38,145 nucleotides of DNA from a virus. Lineage: Duplodnaviria; Caudoviricetes. The translations under genes and the position numbers were made by a program. Shown piece by piece: positions 33,003 to 38,145 of the stretch. The stretch covers positions 1 through 38,145 of the IMG/VR virus record IMGVR_UViG_3300036798_000409. One strand, 5' to 3'. Each line of letters opens with the position of its first letter. Within the stretch, counting starts at the first letter, position 1. Below the pieces are notes generated by a model. That model searched no databases. It had not been told where the DNA came from and saw only the letters and a program-made list of their open reading frames with translations.

Positions 33003-34834
33003 TACTGTCCGCTTTGAAGCTGTTGGAGCCGCTGTTGGATTTTCTGCCCATCCCCTGGGGCTAGTTTGCTGAGATCGCCTGAGGTCAAATCATGAAGCTG
33101 GTCGAGGCTCATCGTCGAGATATCGCCTCCCGCGGCCGGAGCCGCTTGCCCCTCGGCGGGCGAGCCCGCGCGCTTGATCACCTCACGAGTCCGGGGCAGC
33201 AGCTTTTGCTCGAACGCGCCCTCGTCACCCGCGTTGCTGGTCAGGAATTGCTGCTTTAGGCCGCGCATTTGGCCACCCATCAGCTGCTCATATCGGCGAA
33301 TCACACCGGCCATCTGCGGGGGGCTGTTCGCCAGCGCGAGCTGCTCCTCGACTTCCTGACGATCTCCGAGAGCCCCGGCGCCGCCGAGCACCGCCTTAAC
33401 GAGCTCGTCCTTTACGATCGACTTGACGGCACCGAAATCCGTCGGTGCCGGATAGCCGAGCTCTTTCGATATGATGTTGCCCACCTGGTTGAGCCGCTGC
33501 ACATCACCGTTCTGCAAGGCAGATGCCGCATCGGACAGCACGGCGAGATGGTCGATCGCGACATTCAGCGAGCGCACCGTGTCGCCCTGCTTGCCGACGT
33601 CGAATTGCCTGGTCGCCGAGGTTTGCGCCGCCGTCTGAGCAACGAAGTTGCGGATTTCCTCGGATGTCGCCTCCGGATGCTCTTGCAGATACCGTTGTGC
33701 AGCCATCGCCGGCCCCGAGCGAGCCGATCGCCCGCGCTGAATGAATGACTGAATCTCTTCTGCGGTCGCTTCCGGGTGTTCGCCAAGATACTTGTCGAGC
33801 GCCACGTTCGCGGGATTTATCTTCTGGCCGGCTTGCGCAATGCGCTCTTCGCCTTGCCCGACCCGCTGGCGCTGAATGTCAAGTTCGGCCTGCTGGTAGG
33901 GCGTGACCTGCTGCCGCTGTTGCTGCGAGAAGGACTCTCGCTGCTGCAAAAGCTCCCGCTGGAGCGCCTCCCGGTTCTGCATCATCATCATGCGGAACAT
34001 CTGCTGCTCGTCCGGGGCCATCAGCTTGTGCAGCTGCGACACCGCGAGGAACTTCGTTGCCGGGTCGAGCCCCGGGTTCGCCTTGTCGACCGCGGCCGCG
34101 AGGTCCTGCAGGCTCGTCATGCCCCATTGCTGCGGTGGTATCTGCGCGCCGGCTTGCTGCGCTGTCTGGTTCGCCTCCTTGACGACAGGCATCGGAGCGC
34201 CGCCCTGGGCCTGCTTCATCGCCACCGGCCCGGTGATCTGCTTGACCTTGAAGACGGCATCGGTCGGGAAGGTCGAGGGTTGGTAGCCCATCTGCTCGGC
34301 CGCGGTCGCGTTGATGTCAACACCACGGCCGGTCCATTTGGCTGGTCCGATGTCGGTTTGCGTCTCGCGGAATGTGCGGCCTTCGGGAGTCGTGACATCG
34401 AATTGCGAGCCAAGCGTCGAGCGGCTCGGGAGCGCGATGCCGGGCGCCTCGGCTACGGAGCGGCCGCCCGCCTGCAAGCCGCTGTCGCTCGGATCGTGCC
34501 ACCCCGGCGCATTGCCGAACCACGACGCTTTGAGCCCAGCGCCATCCATCGGATTCCCGCCATAAGACGGCACCAGCGGGATCGGCTGCGCCTGCGGTTG
34601 CTGCTGTTGCGGGGCGCCGAAGCTGCTGGAGATGTCCTGTCCCACTCCCTGCTGAATTCCCGTCGGCAGGTTCCCGAGTGCGTTCCCCGCAGCCCCCAGC
34701 GCCTGTTGCTGTTGGGCTTCCTGCTGCATTTGCAGCCGCATCAACTGCTCGCGCAGTCCCGTGTTCTGAATCTGCTGCGCTTGCTGGACGCCGCCGAGGA
34801 TGCCGGCGAGCGGGGCGAGACCGGCGAGAGGCAT
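33002..34834 (-). CDS. Ejection protein with RlpA-like DPBB domain
   Basis: Gln/Ala-rich; KASWFG...IALP..STLG..FDVT...QTDIGP...GRGVDINATAAEQMG matches the RlpA-like pattern. Confidence 0.7.
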   Translation of the reverse strand: MPLAGLAPLAGILGGVQQAQQIQNTGLREQLMRLQMQQEAQQQQALGAAGNALGNLPTGIQQGVGQDISSSFGAPQQQQPQAQPIPLVPSYGGNPMDGAGLKASWFGNAPGWHDPSDSGLQAGGRSVAEAPGIALPSRSTLGSQFDVTTPEGRTFRETQTDIGPAKWTGRGVDINATAAEQMGYQPSTFPTDAVFKVKQITGPVAMKQAQGGAPMPVVKEANQTAQQAGAQIPPQQWGMTSLQDLAAAVDKANPGLDPATKFLAVSQLHKLMAPDEQQMFRMMMMQNREALQRELLQQRESFSQQQRQQVTPYQQAELDIQRQRVGQGEERIAQAGQKINPANVALDKYLGEHPEATAEEIQSFIQRGRSARSGPAMAAQRYLQEHPEATSEEIRNFVAQTAAQTSATRQFDVGKQGDTVRSLNVAIDHLAVLSDAASALQNGDVQRLNQVGNIISKELGYPAPTDFGAVKSIVKDELVKAVLGGAGALGDRQEVEEQLALANSPPQMAGVIRRYEQLMGGQMRGLKQQFLTSNAGDEGAFEQKLLPRTREVIKRAGSPAEGQAAPAAGGDISTMSLDQLHDLTSGDLSKLAPGDGQKIQQRLQQLQSGQ

Positions 34835-35469
34835 CAGGGGTTACTCCACCACGCCTTCAGCTCGTCTACGGTCCCGGCAAACCGGCTGCGATCGCACGCC
34901 CCAATGCCCGGCACCGGCACAACCCCGGACCCAACCTGGCCATCGGTGTGCTGCCACAGCTTCCACGCCGCAAAGCCCGGCGGGCAGATCGGCCGCGTCC
35001 CGTACTCGGCCAGCCACAGCGGGCAGCTGGACAACGTTCGGTTCGGCACCGACAACATGCTGCGGATTGTGTAGAGGACCGGCCATTTCCCGGTTGCGGC
35101 CTGCAAGAACGCTGCCGCCGTCGCGGCCTGCATGACGCTTGCCTGCGAGGACGGGTAAGGCTCCCAATCGAGGGCGAGCCAATCCACACCACCTTCAGAG
35201 AGCGCGACCGTAAGGAAGTGCGAGACCTGCCCGGACGGGCTGCTGCCGTCGAGGAAGTGGTACGCGCCTACCAGCAGCCCCGCGGCTTTCGCCTCGTCGA
35301 CACGCGGCAGGAACGTCGGGTCGACGAAACCGGTGCCCTGCGTCGCCTTGAGGATCACCGCCACGATCCCGCCCTTGACCGTCTCGACGAAGTCCTGGCT
35401 CACATTCTCGTAGTGCGAAATGTCGCACACCACGTCCGACATCACCGGCGGCAAATACGGCGCTGCCAT
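34834..35469 (-). CDS. GH25 lysozyme (endolysin)
   Basis: DISHYE, LKATQG, GAYHF, catalytic DxE (LDWE), LWLAEY, WQHTD motifs. Confidence 0.92.
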   Translation of the reverse strand: MAAPYLPPVMSDVVCDISHYENVSQDFVETVKGGIVAVILKATQGTGFVDPTFLPRVDEAKAAGLLVGAYHFLDGSSPSGQVSHFLTVALSEGGVDWLALDWEPYPSSQASVMQAATAAAFLQAATGKWPVLYTIRSMLSVPNRTLSSCPLWLAEYGTRPICPPGFAAWKLWQHTDGQVGSGVVPVPGIGACDRSRFAGTVDELKAWWSNP

Positions 35470-36662
35470 CAGCCCGCCGCCAGCCCCAGAAAGGAGAGTA
35501 GCCCGCCGCCACCGCCGCCTCCGATCGTGCCGAGATCGATCGCGCCTGCGCCTGTGTCAAAGGCATTACCAAATCCCGACAATGCCCCCGCGTCTCCCGC
35601 AGAGAGCCCGCTCCCGAAGAGCCCCCCGACCAAGCCAGACCCTTGCCCCCCCAAGTTCGCGGCGCTGAAGGGAGAAGACGAGCCGAACAGCGCATTTGAG
35701 CCGAGCATCCCCAGTCCCGTGAGGCCCTGGAGCCCCTGCGTGGCCTGTTGCGAGCCAATCTGACCGAGGTCCGCGGAGCCTAGCGACGCATTCTGGCCGA
35801 GCTTCAGGTAGTTCCCCAGGTTCGACAGCAGGGACTCGGGCAATTGATACTGACCCTGACCGATGTTGAAGCCCCCGGTCGTGGCACCCTGAGACAGGCC
35901 GATCTGGTTGAGATAATTCGACAGCGCCCCCTGGTTTGCCTGCTGTTGACCCAGGTACGCTTGCCCCGGTGCCGTCTTCAGCCCGAGCGCTCCCTGTGCG
36001 AGCGGCGCCAGCCCGCCATAGATGTTGCCGCCGGCCGATGCCGCTCCGGCCGCGCCTTGTGCGCCCTGGAGCTGCCGCTGTAGCTGCTGGTTCTGCCAAT
36101 TGATGTCGAAATTACCGAGCGCCTGGTCGGTTGTGCTCGCCGCATAGGGCCCGGTCACACCAGAAGCCGCGTTTGCCGCGTTCGCTTGCTGCGTGACATC
36201 GTTCTGCATCCGATTGAACAGCGCGTTCTGCGGATCGAACCCCGATGCAAGCAGCTGCGGCGCGGCGCCGATTAGCTGGTTGCCCGCCTGCTCGAGTCCG
36301 GGGATTGCCGCCGTGATGCCGGGCGCCACGTTCTGCGCCAGATACTCGGCTGCGCCGATCCCCTCTTGAGCATACGGGTTGCTGAAGACGTTGTTCAGTG
36401 TGGTGCCGCCCGCGCTACCTCCGCCGCTGATGAGGTTGAACGCCGTATCCGATTGGTTTTGCGCTTGCGGGCCGTATAAAGCCGACGGCGTGTTGCCCGA
36501 GGAATATTGCCCGTACAGCGTGTTGAGTAGGTTCTGATACTGCTGGTCAGCGCCGGGCTGGCCCTGCGGCTGATAGTACTGCGCTTGCGCGTTAGACGGA
36601 GTGCCGGATGTGCCCGCCCCCTGCGGTGGACTGCCGCCCCCGCCCCCGAAGAGCGCCCCCAT
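35469..36662 (-). CDS. Internal virion (pilot/ejection) protein
   Basis: MGALFGGGGGS start; Gln/Gly/Ala/Asn-rich, 397 aa. Confidence 0.7.
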   Translation of the reverse strand: MGALFGGGGGSPPQGAGTSGTPSNAQAQYYQPQGQPGADQQYQNLLNTLYGQYSSGNTPSALYGPQAQNQSDTAFNLISGGGSAGGTTLNNVFSNPYAQEGIGAAEYLAQNVAPGITAAIPGLEQAGNQLIGAAPQLLASGFDPQNALFNRMQNDVTQQANAANAASGVTGPYAASTTDQALGNFDINWQNQQLQRQLQGAQGAAGAASAGGNIYGGLAPLAQGALGLKTAPGQAYLGQQQANQGALSNYLNQIGLSQGATTGGFNIGQGQYQLPESLLSNLGNYLKLGQNASLGSADLGQIGSQQATQGLQGLTGLGMLGSNALFGSSSPFSAANLGGQGSGLVGGLFGSGLSAGDAGALSGFGNAFDTGAGAIDLGTIGGGGGGGLLSFLGLAAG

Positions 36663-36674
36663 TAGGCCGCCCGC

Positions 36675-37190
36675 TCAGAAGCCGAAGCGCACGACGCTCC
36701 CGATGCGCTCGGCCGCTCCGAAATGCCGGAGCCCGACCATGAAGGCCCGGTCGGTGTGCATGAGGTTGATAACCCACGCTTCATGGTAGCCCTGCTCGAC
36801 AAACCAAGCGCGGAGCCGCGCGCCCACGGCTGCGACAACGTGTCGCGGTGCGTGGTCGCTATAGGCGAATCCGACCGTCGGGGCAAGGTAGAAGGCATTC
36901 TGCGGCAGGAACCCGACCGTGACCGCCACGGGCTTGCGCTCGTGGATGCCAAGGAACAGCCCTTGCCACGGCTGCTCGATATCGCGGACGAGCTCGGCGA
37001 TGATCATGGCCGGCTGCGGGAACCCGCACTCCCGAGCGGCACGCAGGATCAGCCCGCTGACGGCCGGATGGCAGATTACCTTGCGCGTGCGGACACGCGC
37101 GGTCTTCCAGTTAAGTTCGGTAGCGGCTGCGGGCGACGAGCTTGATACCGTAGGCTCCGAAAGAATAGGTACGGTCGGCCGCGGTGCCAT
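36675..37190 (-). CDS. Hypothetical, possibly GNAT-fold virion assembly protein
   Basis: LRAWFVEQGYHEAW pattern and position just before the ejection genes; start uncertain. Confidence 0.45.
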   Translation of the reverse strand: MAPRPTVPILSEPTVSSSSPAAATELNWKTARVRTRKVICHPAVSGLILRAARECGFPQPAMIIAELVRDIEQPWQGLFLGIHERKPVAVTVGFLPQNAFYLAPTVGFAYSDHAPRHVVAAVGARLRAWFVEQGYHEAWVINLMHTDRAFMVGLRHFGAAERIGSVVRFGF

Positions 37191-37332
37191 CGTGCGCCTT
37201 CACCTTCATGCTAACCTCGCCCGTCTCCTCATCGGCAGAGATGATCTCGCCGGGGACTGATGCGCCGTTGTAGAGGCTCACAACCTCCCACTTCGCCTTT
37301 TCTTCAGCGGAATGCTGCGAGGTGATCTTCAT
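37111..37332 (-). CDS. Hypothetical protein
   Basis: 73 aa, ATGA-coupled, GGAG SD. Confidence 0.6.
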   Translation of the reverse strand: MKITSQHSAEEKAKWEVVSLYNGASVPGEIISADEETGEVSMKVKAHDGTAADRTYSFGAYGIKLVARSRYRT

Positions 37333-37688
37333 GATTGTCTCCGTTGACGGGGGTCATGCAAATGCGGCTCGATCGCCGCCCACTCAGGCTGGAGGCAATA
37401 GACTTTATCTTCTCTAGGCGGTCCGAGGTTGGAGACGATGCGCCAACCCGTGGTCGCCAGCTTTTCCCTTATGTGATAGATGCGGACGGCCAAGTTCACA
37501 TCTAACGGAGAGCTCGGAGCTCTTCCCCAGATCAGATCCCACAACCGGGCCGAAGCGACCGGCTTGCCCCTATGCTTCCATAGATGCTCAAGCAGCCGCC
37601 ACTCCGTCATAGAAAGCCGCACCAGCGCGCCGTCGCGCCGGATAAGACAATGGCTGGTCACGTCGAAGGGAGGCGTCTCGTCTCTCAT
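37329..37688 (-). CDS. Stand-alone OmpR/PhoB-type winged-helix DNA-binding protein
   Basis: ATG 37688 (ATGA); VRLSMTEWRLLEHL...LWDLIWG...LAVRIYHIREKL; no receiver domain. Confidence 0.8.
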   Translation of the reverse strand: MRDETPPFDVTSHCLIRRDGALVRLSMTEWRLLEHLWKHRGKPVASARLWDLIWGRAPSSPLDVNLAVRIYHIREKLATTGWRIVSNLGPPREDKVYCLQPEWAAIEPHLHDPRQRRQS

Positions 37689-37870
37689 GGCGGTGGTGGC
37701 GCTAGACGGCCCTGCACGCCGCGTGCTGCCGCGATGAGCCCTCCGACGCATACCACACTGACCTGATAGGTATTCGGCAGCGTTGTGCCGCCAAGCGCCG
37801 TGTACGCCGTCCCTGCCGTAATCACGAAGTCGACCACCGCCGAGATACCGAGGGCCACCCACTTATTCAT
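37685..37870 (-). CDS. Holin-like small membrane protein
   Basis: MNKWVALGISAVVDFVITAG...VVCVGGLIAAA, two hydrophobic segments, 61 aa; GTAGGA upstream. Confidence 0.5.
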   Translation of the reverse strand: MNKWVALGISAVVDFVITAGTAYTALGGTTLPNTYQVSVVCVGGLIAAARGVQGRLAPPPP

Positions 37871-38145
37871 TGTCCTACCCCTCTCAATGTCCGCATCGGT
37901 GTCGCGGCCGCAGCGCCGCCGGTAGGCGTGTAGGTGATGACGATGATGCCCTGCGCGCCGTTCCCGCCCGAGCCGGTCCCGGTGTCGCCGCCACCGGCCC
38001 CGCCGCCGCCGCCGTAGAGTCCGCCGTTCCCGCCGTTCCCCGTAGTAGTTGTATTCGCTCCAGGGACTGATCCCCCACCGCCGCCGGCACCATGTGAGGC
38101 ATCCCACTCCGTACCGGCTCCGCCATTGCCCCCGCTCGTGGTGGT
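37867..38145 (-). CDS. Glycine-rich virion/tail protein (5' truncated by window)
   Basis: Hand translation TTTSGGNGGAGTEWD...GGLYGGGGAGG...GNGAQGIIVITY...GVGQ*, a typical Gly-rich domain ending. Confidence 0.75.
   Translation of the reverse strand, partial: TTTSGGNGGAGTEWDASHGAGGGGGSVPGANTTTTGNGGNGGLYGGGGGAGGGDTGTGSGGNGAQGIIVITYTPTGGAAAATPMRTLRGVGQ

Noticed and set aside
33776-35763. Long plus-strand ORFs (432 aa, 361 aa) and similar ones opposite structural genes
   Set aside because: Shadow frames of GC-rich coding sequence with low-complexity Arg/Pro/Leu-rich translations and no SD-coupled tiling.
1-38145. Direct circular join of the two window ends
   Set aside because: Both ends are in minus-strand tail-type genes, but joining them shifts the Gly-rich frame and there is no terminal overlap; sequence is probably missing between them.

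Overview
GC-rich tailed-phage DNA with podovirus-like organisation; the host is probably an alphaproteobacterium (inferred from the tRNA body and gene content). Both window ends fall inside minus-strand tail-region genes, so this looks like most of a circularly permuted genome. The minus arm carries terminase, portal, scaffold, major capsid, adaptor, tail/fibre genes, a holin candidate, a GH25 lysozyme and ejection proteins. The plus arm carries replication genes, a tRNA(CAT), an adhesin-like cassette, RecE/ERF recombination genes and many small ORFs. RusA and a PurD-like ATP-grasp gene sit antisense within the plus arm. No integrase, repressor, DNA polymerase or cas gene was recognised. Main oddities: (1) a type I-G-like CRISPR repeat-spacer-repeat unit hidden in frame inside an ORF at 25.8-25.9 kb; (2) a five-gene cassette in which four proteins start with the same beta-strand-like tag and a fifth looks like a cadherin/Ig domain lacking that strand; (3) a PurD-like gene with an apparent ATT start whose antisense strand is tiled by SD-equipped ORFs; (4) a candidate anti-Shine-Dalgarno sRNA or minigene between portal and scaffold. 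All family calls come from motif recognition by eye; no searches were run.
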